Made by a program: the position numbers and the translations under genes. A stretch of DNA of 64,000 nt from Cyanidioschyzon merolae (taxonomy: Eukaryota): assembly GCA_000091205.1 (NCBI GenBank), contig AP006498.2; one strand, 5' to 3'. This document shows positions 11,686 to 22,850 of this stretch, in pieces (position 1 is the first letter of the stretch; each line of letters starts with the position of its first letter). Below the pieces are notes generated by a model, which saw only the letters and a list, made by a program, of their open reading frames with translations, had not been told where the DNA came from and did no database searches.

Positions 11686-11925
11686 AACCGTACATGATCC
11701 CGCAGAATACAGATTGTTTGGCGCGCTTTTCTTGCTCACTTCGGCGCACGCTGATCAAATCAGGAACCGTACATGATCCCGCAGAATACAGATCTTTTGG
11801 CGCGCTTTTTTTCGCTCACTTCGGCGCACACTGATCAAATCAGGAACCGTAAATGATCCCGCAGAATACAGATCTTTTGGCGCGCTTTTTTTCGCTCACT
11901 TCGGCGCACGCTGATCCACTTTGCT
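11686..11925. repeat. Tandem minisatellite of about 79 bp x3 (CCGTACATGATCCCGCAGAATACAGAT...CGCACGCTGATCAAATCAGGAA).
   Basis: Three near-identical units are read directly, in the intergenic space between the ABCD and CAF-1 genes. Confidence 0.9.
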
Positions 11926-12188
11926 GCCGTCAAAAGCTTCGGAATGCCTCACAGAGCTACAGTCGTGCGCTTCCGACTGGATCAGCGTAGTCCGCACCCG
12001 TTGCCCCGTTACCGCTAGCGTTCGCGGACTGCTCGGTTTTCCATCCGTGACGTCTCTGGCGCGGCAATAGAATCCTCGAAGGCTGGCTGGCAGTCGTGTG
12101 TGCCAGGTCCGAGCGTGCTTGAGCGCCCGTTCCTGCTTGCCGAAACGGGTGCATACCGCGACAACGGCGAGCAGCGTGCGGAAAGGCG

Positions 12189-13760
12189 ATGCGAGCGCTG
12201 GTGCTCGAGCTCGAATGGCACGAGCAGCAGCGCGGTGTGTTTAGTGTCGACATCGCTGCAGATGGAACGATTGCGACAGGCGGCCAGGACAAGCGGGTAT
12301 CTCTCTGGCGTCTGGAGCCAGACTGGGAGCAGCTGCGTGCGCTCGCTGCCCAGCCACACGAGCCATCGAAGAAACAGCGGTACGCACTGGCGCAGGCGGC
12401 AGCTCAGTCGGTGCGTTTCCTGGACACACTGGAGGGACACGCCGCTGCCGTCTCCGTGGTACGCTTTGATCCCGTCGACTCGGGCCGACTAGTCTCAGGG
12501 GCGGACGACGGATACGCTGTCTTGTGGAAGTTCGACGCAGTGCAGGGCAAGTGGCGACTCGAAGCGACACTGCATGAGCACAACGACATGATCATGGACG
12601 TATCTTGGAGCGCGGATGGCAAGCTTCTGGCAACGGCGTCCGTCGATAATACGGTGGCTATCTGGAACACCACGGACTCGACTCGACCGCAGTTGTTGTT
12701 GTCGCTGCGCGAACATACGAATTATGTGCAGGGGGTATCCTGGGACCCGCTAGGGACCTACTTGTGCTCCATGGGCGCTGATCGCCTTCTACGGGTACAT
12801 GAGTGGTCGTCTGATCGCCGCCGGGTGATACGTTCGACAGCGGTTGGGAGCATGGTGCACAGTGATTCAACTGCGCATCCCTGCATGACCGCGGACGCCT
12901 CATGTCCGCCAAGCCATTCGGAAACGCAACAGATAACGCCTGTGCCATCCCATCCATTGGAGTCAGAACCGAGAAAACCTTCGTCCCGTCGTCTTTTTGA
13001 GAGCGAAGGGCTCATGCACTTCTTTCGGAGGCTCGCGTGGAGCCCCGACGGCAGCTTCCTCGTCTGCCCGGCGGGCATCGTCCCGGAGCCACGCGATGCT
13101 GCCCCGACTTGTTCGAGCAGAGACGCAGCGCCGCATCGGACCAAGGGCGCGCATGTGTTTGCGCGCTCGAACCTGTCGACACCGCTACTGCACCTCGGTG
13201 GACATGAAGAGTCGATTCTCGGGGCTCGCTTCTGTTCGCGGCGCTTCGCTCGTCGCCAGGATCCCACATTGGATGAGGACCTTGGTTGCTGGCGTTCGCG
13301 ATTGCCATACCGACTCGTTTTCGCCATTTACAGCGCGCGAGGTCTTTACATGTACGACTCGGAAACACCACATTCTTTTGCAGCGGTGCAAGGCCTCCAC
13401 TACGGTGCCGTGACTGACGTGGCGTGGTCCCCGGATGCATCATTTCTCCTGATGTCGTCGCTAGACGGCTTCCTCAGTCTGGTGTGGTTTGAGCGGGAAA
13501 CAGAACTTGGCAAGTTTTTTGAGGAATCGGGCGAGCTGCAGACTGGCAGCAGATCATCGCCTAGCACACCGTTGACAACTGGTTCTTGCAGCCTGGACGG
13601 GGGCCAGGGGTCCCATCGCAGCGCCGACCCAGTCATGCGATGCAACCGGGAACAGCCCATCGCCTCGACACTGGTATCGAGCGACGCCGACAGTGGCCAT
13701 GGTCGGAACACCGACCATTCGACGAAAGTCGGGGAACATGCTGTCAGCAGCACGACCTGA
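12189..13760 (+). CDS. CHAF1B: Chromatin assembly factor 1 subunit B (CAF-1 p60 / Cac2), a WD40 protein of 523 aa.
   Basis: The N-terminus (LELEWHEQQRGVFSVDIAADGTIATGGQDKRVSLWRL) and the block HTNYVQGVSWDPLGTYLCSMGADRLLRVH match the CAF1B/HIRA-family signature [29 protein letters not shown]. The length fits CAF-1 p60, not HIRA. Confidence 0.7.
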   Translation: MRALVLELEWHEQQRGVFSVDIAADGTIATGGQDKRVSLWRLEPDWEQLRALAAQPHEPSKKQRYALAQAAAQSVRFLDTLEGHAAAVSVVRFDPVDSGRLVSGADDGYAVLWKFDAVQGKWRLEATLHEHNDMIMDVSWSADGKLLATASVDNTVAIWNTTDSTRPQLLLSLREHTNYVQGVSWDPLGTYLCSMGADRLLRVHEWSSDRRRVIRSTAVGSMVHSDSTAHPCMTADASCPPSHSETQQITPVPSHPLESEPRKPSSRRLFESEGLMHFFRRLAWSPDGSFLVCPAGIVPEPRDAAPTCSSRDAAPHRTKGAHVFARSNLSTPLLHLGGHEESILGARFCSRRFARRQDPTLDEDLGCWRSRLPYRLVFAIYSARGLYMYDSETPHSFAAVQGLHYGAVTDVAWSPDASFLLMSSLDGFLSLVWFERETELGKFFEESGELQTGSRSSPSTPLTTGSCSLDGGQGSHRSADPVMRCNREQPIASTLVSSDADSGHGRNTDHSTKVGEHAVSSTT

Positions 13761-13963
13761 AGCGCATATTTCGTGCCCGTACGTACACCGTGCACGTTTT
13801 TTGCCGCTGGATGCACAGCACTGGGCACGTACATGCGCCGACGCTGTCGTGGCGTCTGTTTTGGGCTAGGCGGTGGCGCCTTCCAGCTGTCACGGCACGC
13901 TGTACACAATCCCGCAGGCAGATACAGCGTGCTGCGTACGACCGCTTGACACCGGCACCATAA

Positions 13964-14000
13964 CCAGCAGCAACAGCAGCAGCAGTAGTAGTACCAAAAT
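13964..14000. repeat. (CAG/CAA)n microsatellite.
   Basis: Direct read. Confidence 0.8.
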
Positions 14001-15724
14001 GTGCGACGGCGAGCATGCGCGGATAGAGCCATTCACGCAAAGACCGGGTGCTGCGCATCCCTTCGCCAAGCAAGCTGCCCGGGAAATCGTGCTCAAATTG
14101 GGATTCCCGGATCCTCAGGACCTGAACTGCTGCGTGTTCGTGTTATGCAAGAACAGCATGATTGAACGGTGCGTCACATCGTCGAAGTGCAAATGCCAGC
14201 GTCTGCGTCGAGTACAACTGCAGCGCATATCGTCGATGCAGAAGCACGGGAATCAGCGCACAGTACCCGGAGTGTGCCACTCTGAAATGACCATTCGAGG
14301 GCCGCCTCGCTATGGTGTTTTCTACCGACGCATGGGACAAGCGAGGAGAGGTTCACACCGATGCCGCGCTCGCAGTAGCTCTCGGGATTGCAGGCACTTG
14401 CTCCCGCAACGATGCGATGATGACTGCCCCGGAAGTACGCGCCTTGTCACTTTCATCGCTGTGCCAGGGCTGCGTCCGACGACCGATACTGGAACCCCGA
14501 GCAAATCCGCTGCAGAACTTTTTGCCTCGAGCACGACATGGACGACCGGGGTTCTCCATTATGCGCCTCTGCTCGCATCGGGTGACAGACGCTTCACGGA
14601 ACCTATAGGATCTGGTGCGCCATGAAGGCTGCTTACCCAGATGCTGATAGCAACTGCACTCTTGCTGATCCCCAGTTCGTTTCAACGATCTTGCCCCGTG
14701 GAATAAACCGGACTCCATGTCACTGGTGTCTTGAATGCGATGGCGGAGTCGCTTGCAAGGCGGGTTCCGTATCCGGGTTCCCGATTTCTGGAACGTTCAC
14801 TGCATTGAGAGAGAACGCCTGCCGCTTCGGAACACGCTGATAGAGTCCGCGTCTCTGACTGGTGGTCGAAGCCTGTCGAGCACCACGCAGCTCCAATACG
14901 CATCCACAGCATAACGGAGATAATTCGCACTTCTGATGCAGCGTAGGCCGATCTCGCGGCTACGCTGCATTCCCCAGGCCCATAAGCGACAATCTATGGA
15001 GTAAGCAATTCGTTGGTATCAACCAGGGACTAGCGCTGCCAGTTCCACAGCAATTTTCAACCCATTCCTCCGGAGGCGCAAGCGGCATCCAGTGCGTGCG
15101 TTCAGGAGTATCTGCGGACTCCCGCCCGGCTGCCTCGTCATCTCTTACCGAAATCCAGACCTCGAATGCGCCCTAGTATCGTCAGCAAGCGTTCCTGCGG
15201 CCCTAATGCCAATCCCTGATATGTCTGATGTGGATGTTCCCCGGAAACTCCCACAGAGATACGGTAATCACTTGTCTGGTTTCCGCCTAGAGTCGCGTAT
15301 CCAGCAGATACTCGGTAGGCAGCTCGGTCTCTCAACATCGGAGACTTGATCAATGTGCGCTCACTACCATTCATTATGGGGAAAGTGTCAGCTCCAATGC
15401 AGCAAGTATCCACGTGTCACTGAAAACTGCCTCTCGTTCCCTCGTCTGTAGACGCTTTCATGCCTTGTTCTCCAAACCGACTGGAGCAACGAATCCAACG
15501 CGAGTCGAGCGTCTTCGTGAACGTGGCAGAGTCACGGAACGAGTACGGGCGTCCGTAATCGACACGCAGCAACTGAGCGATTTTTCATTTGACAAAACGA
15601 TTTCATAGACCGGCGTTCCTCGAGTGGGCGCTGACAACAGGGCGCTGCCGCCGAAGATGGCGCGCATCGCTCGTGACACGCGGAGCGTGACATCCGTGAG
15701 CCATGCCTGCGCCTGCACGCGTTC

Positions 15725-16036
15725 GTGCGTACGCCCACCAGCAGCAGCAGCAGCGCTGTTTCGAACCTCAACCCTACCGTCGGAAGGATGCTTCGACTCC
15801 CGTCAAACCTGAAAAATGCAAAGGTTGTTGACTTAGTGGAGCGTGCGCGGGTCCAACTGGAGCAATTGGTACCGACGAGAGAACGGCTGGGAGCGCTGTC
15901 AGAGTGGTACTACCGCAAGTACTTCCTTCCGGGGAAGGCTACGCCCCTGGTGCACATTATGATTGTGGTTGGAACCATCGGATATTTGATTGAATACCCA
16001 CACCTTCGAAAGGAGCTTGAGCACGCGAACCACTGA
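15725..16036 (+). CDS. Possible small mitochondrial membrane protein. There is a weak resemblance to F-ATPase subunit g (ATP5MG/Atp20), with the motif ...LSEWYYRKYFLPGKATP... and a C-terminal GxxxG-like TM segment.
   Basis: Only the WYY[AR]K-x-LxP motif and the length (about 100 aa) match. The central region is shorter than in known subunit g proteins. Confidence 0.2.
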   Translation: MRTPTSSSSSAVSNLNPTVGRMLRLPSNLKNAKVVDLVERARVQLEQLVPTRERLGALSEWYYRKYFLPGKATPLVHIMIVVGTIGYLIEYPHLRKELEHANH

Positions 16037-17257
16037 GCATGCAAGATCGCTTGTGCAGGAGGCACGACGAGCCGCGCATGCGCACCAAACGAGGACGCTG
16101 ACCGAGACACGCACCGTTTCCGCGGGAGGTGGTGCTGCCCGCTGTACCAAGCTTGGAACGATTCCGATACCAGAGGGTCGTACGCTCTTTCAATTGAGGT
16201 ATCGTGTAGCGATCGCTTGTTGATAGACGCGCGGTTGTGTGGTCGAAAGGCCGGCTGGCTCGGGCGCCCCGAGCACCAAGCGCGCAACGCATCCTGTTGG
16301 CGGCGCCTGTTCTATGAACGAGCGTCGTTCGACTTTACGAAATAAACTGTGGAAAGTGACACGCTATCGACTCTGATCCTGAGCAAGCATAAGATACCAG
16401 AAACTAGAGGCACCCGTAGGCGTGTCGAGGCTCCTGTTCTGTGCACAGCGCAGCGAGTGCACGGACCGGGCGCGTCGCAGGCCTCGGCAGGTCGTGGTGA
16501 CCCTCAGTACGCCGCATGCTGTGCGGTGATGTGCTGGGTACGTACCGCCGTCGCTGCCGTTTTCACAATAGGGCAGAGCGTAGCCACTGGTGACATATCC
16601 ATCCGATTGCAAATGGCACTGTATGCGCTCAGCCGCAAGTCCCTGTGCCTGGTCGTGCGACAGCCGCATGTCCGCTGCTGCATCGATGGCAGGCACACGC
16701 CTGCCATCGATACCTCTTCAATGCATACGACCCGCAAAGCGTATGCGCGCCGAGTCCGTCCGGTGCGGCGCATCGCCGGAATCGAGTGCAATGCCGCTAC
16801 GTTCCAGCGGCAACGTGCCGGTCACCAGAGCCGCTGCTGATCGCGTGAGCTCCAAAAACAACTTCGAAACGATTCCGTGACTCTGGCACCGGATGCGGTG
16901 CAGTGCATGGAAACGCCCACTCGTCGTCTAACAGACAGTTCTAATGCTGTTGCATGCATCACCAGCGGCCGTCTGTGGCCACTAGCGGTCTCGAACGCGC
17001 GCAGGCTGTCGGCGAGTTCGGCCCGGCAGTACAACGCCTCGCCAAATCCCATATCAGATGACGCGACGCTACGGTCGCTCAAGGTTTGTATTCGACGGTA
17101 CGGAGCGGTGTCCCCGAGCCCGCCTCTTTTGCGCGCTGCTGGTTACGAAAGCGACACTGTACGTACGCCTGCAGCACCGCACCATAATCTCGGTGCTATT
17201 GCGACAGCAAAGCAGCCCCGGGGGTCAGAGTTGCCTTTCGCGAAGCGACACACACAC

Positions 17258-17330
17258 ATGCATGCATGCATGCATGCGGCACGCATTCCGGCACACGCAG
17301 ACGCACGCACGCGATCGATCGCGATCGATC
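17258..17330. repeat. (CATG)n and (GCGATCGATC)n simple repeats.
   Basis: Direct read: catgcatgcatgcatgcatgc followed by gcgatcgatcgcgatcgatc. Confidence 0.9.
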
Positions 17331-17459
17331 TCGTGCGTGCCCTGTGCGTCTCTGCGCTGGCGGAATCGTCTGCGCCGATTTCGGTACCATGCGCGCATCT
17401 GAGTCCAGTTGACGTAGACGCTTCGTTGAGCGGGCAAGCACAACCGCCACCGTCGAGCC

Positions 17460-18242
17460 ATGCGTTCCATTTTACGCACTTTTCGAAAAACCAGTGTTTT
17501 CTGGAGGCAGTTCTGGGCGTTCGACTGTGAGAAAGCGCTGAACGCTTCGTATGGGACCTGGATGCAGTCGCAAGCTCGGTTGCTGCCGACGCTAGTGCCG
17601 GTGCGCCGTCGCTTTGCGTCAAGCAGCTGGGGCCAACAAGGTTCCGAGACAAGCTCAGCAACCAACAGCGCTGGTAGCGATAGCGCGGCTTCTGTCGCGT
17701 CACAAACGAAACGCGACTTTCGGCCGCGCACTATTCTTCGCTCGCAGACTCCCGTGGGCGAGCTCATCCGAGGTCGCGGCGAACGCGTCTACCAAATCGC
17801 TGCCAACGATACCATGCAGAACGCGCTGAAGAAAATGTTCATCCATAACATCGGTTGTTTGCTTGTTGTTGAGCAACCACAACAGAACGACGAGGCGTGC
17901 AAGCCGGTCGGAATCATATCCGAACGCGACCTGACGCGCTTGCTGATTAGCCGTGGTTCAAGTGGCGCCGCCTCAGCGGGCCGAACAACAGCTGACCTAC
18001 TGTTGACCGTCAAAGTGCATGAGTTCATGACAAAGGCAAATGCGCTTATCTCCGTGACACCGGATACGGACCTGGCATCGGTGCTTGAGCTGATGGCGTC
18101 GCGTCGCCTGCGACACCTGCCGGTTGTGCGCGACGGCCAAGCTATCGGCATGGTCAGTATTGGGGATGTGGTTCGTCGGCTCATTGAGGAGTCACGAGAA
18201 GAAGCCGATGCACTCAAGGAATACATAGCGGGTACGTACTGA
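17460..18242 (+). CDS. CBS-pair domain protein, CBSX3-like (mitochondrial-type), 260 aa.
   Basis: The C-terminal block RHLPVVRDGQAIGMVSIGDVVRRLIEESREEADALKEYIAGTY is near-identical in pattern to plant CBSX3 (IRHIPVI.D.GMIGMVSIGDVVRAVV.EHREEL..LNAYIQGGY). There are two CBS repeats. The N-terminal 60 aa are basic and look like a presequence. Confidence 0.75.
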   Translation: MRSILRTFRKTSVFWRQFWAFDCEKALNASYGTWMQSQARLLPTLVPVRRRFASSSWGQQGSETSSATNSAGSDSAASVASQTKRDFRPRTILRSQTPVGELIRGRGERVYQIAANDTMQNALKKMFIHNIGCLLVVEQPQQNDEACKPVGIISERDLTRLLISRGSSGAASAGRTTADLLLTVKVHEFMTKANALISVTPDTDLASVLELMASRRLRHLPVVRDGQAIGMVSIGDVVRRLIEESREEADALKEYIAGTY

Positions 18243-18955
18243 TCGCGTAGCTGGTTGACGACGGCAGGATAGTGCTGATGCAGATCCCCGCGCAGCATCC
18301 AGACGCCGTGCTTTTCTAACGGTGCTCATGCGTGTCCACTGCGTTGCAACGTATGCACCATGCGTTATCCATCAGAACAGGTGACTATGCAAGAGAGATG
18401 CATCGGGTTTTGTTTGGCAGCTTGGGTCAGACACGCGCACGCGGGCACGTCCCAGCATGGATCCTATGGCCGCGCACGATTCGGTTGCATCCTGCAGCGG
18501 CTAACGCAGCAGCGCTTCTCGACGTCACGCAAGGCGTCGCCTGGCGGCGTATCGCCACGCGCACGATGTGATTGCATGCGACGGCTACCGCAGCTGCGAT
18601 GCGTGATGCGTGTGCATGTCACGTCCGTGCTTTGGTGGCGTTTTACGGAATCGCAGTAGGCGCTATCCTGGATGGTAAAGCAGTAGACCCGTTGCCGTGG
18701 AGCTGACGCCATGGACAACGCTCGAAGGCTAGCGCAGCATCATGTGATTACCTCAAGCGCAATTGCAGCTACAATGACGCACAGGGCGGTATCGACACCA
18801 GGCGTGTGCAACGGAACTGCACTGGGGTTGGTGGAGGTTCCGCTCCGCCCACGAGGATGCTTACTGGACGCTGGTAGTGAAGGCGGCGTTTGTCCCCAGT
18901 GGATCCCTTTACACTGTTCGAGCGCGAACAAGGCGACGCTCGGTCCGGCGGCCAT

Positions 18956-20281
18956 TCAAAGATCGCTTGTCTGCTGGCCACGGCGGTCTTGTTCGACCAG
19001 CCAGAGCTCTCTCAAAAAGGTGCACATCTCTGCATTGACGCGCTCGGGTGCATCGTCATGGGGACAATGTCCACAATCCTCAATGCAAATAAGACGCAGC
19101 TGCGTTGGTACTGGAACCCAGTTCGGGAACGCCGTACCCGGATGAAGCCCTCGATCGAAGGGAGTCCATGGATCGTCGCGGCCCCAGAGCACCAGCACTT
19201 GCTTCTCCGGCGATAGCTGTTGGAGGAGCTCTCGCGGCGTCGGGCCCGCGTCTCCGCGCAGGACGGCGGCGAAGACGTCACGAGCACCATCGTCATGTGC
19301 GGGCGCTCGCAGAATCTCTATGAGCTCTTCGGTGATGGCCTCGGCGTTTCGATAAATCTGGCGCAACGTCTGTCGTAAGGAAGCTGGTCTGCGAATACGC
19401 TCGAAGAGCCAGTAAACAAGCGGTGAACGGAAGAAAATGGTCGTGAAGAGCCACCACAAAGCCGCACCAATCGGCGATAGCTCGGAAAATCGAATACCCG
19501 TGAGACCGCCCGCGCAGTTCAAAAGCACGAGTCCAGCGAGGCGATCGCGCTGGCGCTCCTCTTTCGGGTAATGCTTCATCGTATCGATCGGGTTATCGGC
19601 GGCAACAATGGACGACGTGGTGACTTGGCGATGCTGAAGCATCACCCCGGTCATGAGCGCAATGAGACCGCCGATGCTATTGCCACAGATGACCCAGCGA
19701 TGGGGTGAATCATCATAGCGCCGATCCATTTCCCGAATAAAGTCGAGACAGAGGTCACGCCACAGCTCCAGTGAATATCCCTTGCAGGTCGCATCGACAT
19801 GCTCCGGCTCGTTCCTTCCATCGGACTTTAGGCTGGGCTTTTCGCTTGCCCCAAAGCCAAGCAGATCGAGAGCGAAGACTCGGTGACCCTCCTGCGCGAG
19901 CACCGGCTGATTTTTTCGAAAGTGCAACAGGTTTGCGCCGAACCCGTGGATCAATAAGACGTGAAACCGCGGCGCTTGCCCGTTATTAGCTTCTTCAACA
20001 CGGTAGTTGATGCGATACGTTTCTCTTGTCGGAGCGTAGGTCCACCAGAACGTTTCGTAGTGCCGTTGAACGCGGACAGCACCGTCGCCGGAAGCCGCCG
20101 CCGTCGTCGAGCACGCTGGGCTTGGGTCCTTGGTTCGCGACGGCTCCTGGGCCAGCGTCTGGACCAGTCTTCGGGTTAACGATGGGGAATTCGATCGACG
20201 ACGCCAGCGCACTTCAGAAGCCAGTCCAGAGTCGTCGCTCGGGGGCCTCACGCTGTGTGGCGCAAGCGCGTGCCGCGTCAC
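18956..20281 (-). CDS. Alpha/beta-fold hydrolase (abhydrolase_6, pheophytinase/CGI-58-like). The ORF begins at a GTG, so an upstream ATG-containing exon is probably missing.
   Basis: HVLLIHGFGANLLHF...FALDLLGFGASEKP, plus the nucleophile elbow ICGNSIGGLIAL (GxSxG). There is no in-frame ATG before the hydrolase core. Confidence 0.65.
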   Translation of the reverse strand: MTRHALAPHSVRPPSDDSGLASEVRWRRRSNSPSLTRRLVQTLAQEPSRTKDPSPACSTTAAASGDGAVRVQRHYETFWWTYAPTRETYRINYRVEEANNGQAPRFHVLLIHGFGANLLHFRKNQPVLAQEGHRVFALDLLGFGASEKPSLKSDGRNEPEHVDATCKGYSLELWRDLCLDFIREMDRRYDDSPHRWVICGNSIGGLIALMTGVMLQHRQVTTSSIVAADNPIDTMKHYPKEERQRDRLAGLVLLNCAGGLTGIRFSELSPIGAALWWLFTTIFFRSPLVYWLFERIRRPASLRQTLRQIYRNAEAITEELIEILRAPAHDDGARDVFAAVLRGDAGPTPRELLQQLSPEKQVLVLWGRDDPWTPFDRGLHPGTAFPNWVPVPTQLRLICIEDCGHCPHDDAPERVNAEMCTFLRELWLVEQDRRGQQTSDL

Positions 20282-22564
20282 TGGCGCAGAACACCGGGCT
20301 GGTGCCGGGGCTGGTGCGGTGCGCCCCAGTGCGCGATGACCGCCCCCAGCAGGGCATTAGCCCAATAAACCCAGGTTCACGTCGCTGCATACGAGACATG
20401 TACTGAATCGAAAAGCCTCCCTAGACTTTTCCCGTAGACCAGTAGCGTCTGCTGCGAGCACGTTGCAGGTAACGGTGTCTGAGCGGGTCAGGTCTGGAGA
20501 GATAACGAGCTTCTGATTGGCAAACGAACACGCGCCATGCCGCGCGCAAAGCCCTGGGCATCTAATCGAGACGAGGGTGTTTTCCAGAATATGTCCAATA
20601 AGATCCCACTTTACTTTCCATGGACAGAACGTAGCTCCTGACGAGGGATTCTCGTGCCTGGCAGCGGCCGACGTCTCCTTTCAATCGACAGAGCATTCGT
20701 ACAGACCAGGAGTGCGTGCAGTTGCACGATGAGGATCGGCATCAGCGATAGCGTTCCACCAGACACCATCCATACTTGCGCTTGGAGAAACTGGTCGATG
20801 CGTATGATGCGCTGAGCGCCGTGCATGCTGTGAGTATGTAGAGCGCCAGTGCGCGCGCAGTATGGAGGCGGAACCGCCTCGCCGTGCCACCGAATGCATC
20901 GGCTCGGAGATCCCGATATCAGTGGGTTCAGAGTGCAACCATGCGCACTGGACTTGATGGCAGTCGTGCGATACCCGTGTCAGCATAAGGAGGAACATTG
21001 AACTGCTCGAGATATTGCTGCTTTTCGTTTTTTCTTCAATTTTTTAGGATGCATCGCCTCGGCATTCGGGGTGCAGCCTTAAGGCGTTGTGCATTCAAAC
21101 GTAGGTTGAGGAATCTTGGTCGTTTTCTCGGAATGACGCATTGGAGTCAATGCCGATGGACATGATTACGTTACCGAAATCAACTTGATTCGCGACGCTC
21201 TCGACCGATCGTCCCTAAAATAACCGAGAACACTATCCAGTACACAGGAGCGAGCCTCCGCGATTCTCGATTCCTGATGCATAGCTAGTTCAAACGACCC
21301 GTACTTCAAGTTTTCGATATTTCTGTTTCATGGGAATTTGTGAGCACAGAGCTTTGCGTCGGCGGAACGGCTGGGGGAAAATATTCGACGTCTTTGCTTC
21401 ACGACGCGTTCACGAGCTCACGCCGAACGTTCACTGGACGCGTCACCTCAAATAATCGATGCCGTTCGAGAGACAAATCATGCTCGGTTTGCGGCCGGCG
21501 AAGATACTGCATTCGACAGCGGCATGATACCGCTCTCTAAGTATGTCACTTGTGCTTCCCTGTGTCTCTTCTTTTGTTGATGGAATAGGGTTTTGGACTC
21601 GGACTTGGGTAGTTGCAGCGATCGCTCCTAATGGAGCGTGCGTCGCCACGCTGGACAAGACGCGCGTGACTGCATCGGAATTTCTAGACTTTTGCAGATG
21701 CCTGGATTTTGCTTCCGATACATATTCAATCATGGACAGCATCGCATTCCACGAATCCTGCATCGAATGGAACAGCGTGCGCTTGCGCGTCCAGCGGTCA
21801 GCGTCTTCGCCGACGGGATCGCGGAGAAGATGCCCTTAATCCCCGGGTACGGGTACGGGTGCGGAAGCGGAGCAAGTCTTCAACTGGAGCTGTGTGTATC
21901 CGTCTAGTCTGCGTTCCAGGCGATGAAGCAAGCGTTCAAGCGCCACAGAATGGCGCGCGCTGAGATACAGGTATGATGGACAAACGGGAGCACCTGCGTA
22001 TATTTCATGGACACCGCTGCAATGAGCGCACCAAAGCTCTCTACAAAGAACATGAAAACGGCAAGCAAAATGCAGATCGCTAGTTCCGCTCATGGAAGAA
22101 CTTCGTTTATGACTGTTGAAAGCAGTAAAGTCGGAACTCTGTTGCCGCCATCATCATCCGTCGAGTGCCGACGCTGCAGCTGGAGGGACGACAGTGATCC
22201 GCGACTTTCAAGCCAAATACAAGCGGAAGCGAACGGGAACAGTTGCAGCAACATCCCGTCAAGGCTGCTGCTCATGGCTCTGGGACGAGATCCGACCATC
22301 ATGGGTCTGAAAACCCGTGTGACCGAAGTGCACCCGTCCCATGTTTCGAACATGGCTGCCGTGCAACACTGCTGTTTGGGAGCGCAGTGTCTGCTTTTTT
22401 TGGTTAATGGCAGCAAGCGCACATTCGCGATAAACCATGCTGGGCTCGTTCATCAGACATCATACAGAATATTCGCCACTATCCGTTTGCGGAGGATTCG
22501 CCAGGATCGCAGAACTGCGGTTCATTGATGCCGACCGAGTCGTCTCTATACAAATCGCGGCATT

Positions 22565-22850
22565 CTAAAATGCTCTTTGTCGAGTATAGCTCCATTTCAG
22601 GATTTCATTCGTATGCTGGATCATGACGGCATCCTAGCATGCTCTTTGTCGAGTATAGCTCCATTTCAGGATTTCATTCGTATGCTGGATCATGGCGGCA
22701 TTCTAGCATGCTCTTTGCCGAGTATAGCTCCGTTTCAAGGTTACAGCAGTTTGCTGGATCATGACGGCATTCTAGCATGCTCTTTGCCGAGTACAGCTCC
22801 GTTTCAGGATTTCATTAGTCTGCTGGATCATCGTCCGGATATATCATTCG
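22565..22850. repeat. Minisatellite of about 69 bp x4 (GCATGCTCTTTGTCGAGTATAGCTCCATTTCAGGATTTCATTCGTATGCTGGATCATGACGGCAT...).
   Basis: The GCATGCTCTTTG anchor recurs at 22637, 22707 and 22776. ORF 22577..22885 is merely the translation of this repeat. Confidence 0.85.

Noticed and set aside
11686-11925. Possibility that the regularly spaced direct repeats (79-bp, 69-bp, 108-bp arrays) are CRISPR arrays.
   Set aside because: The units are contiguous, with no unique spacers. They are far longer than CRISPR repeats. The genome is eukaryotic. One array is clearly derived from transposon sequence.
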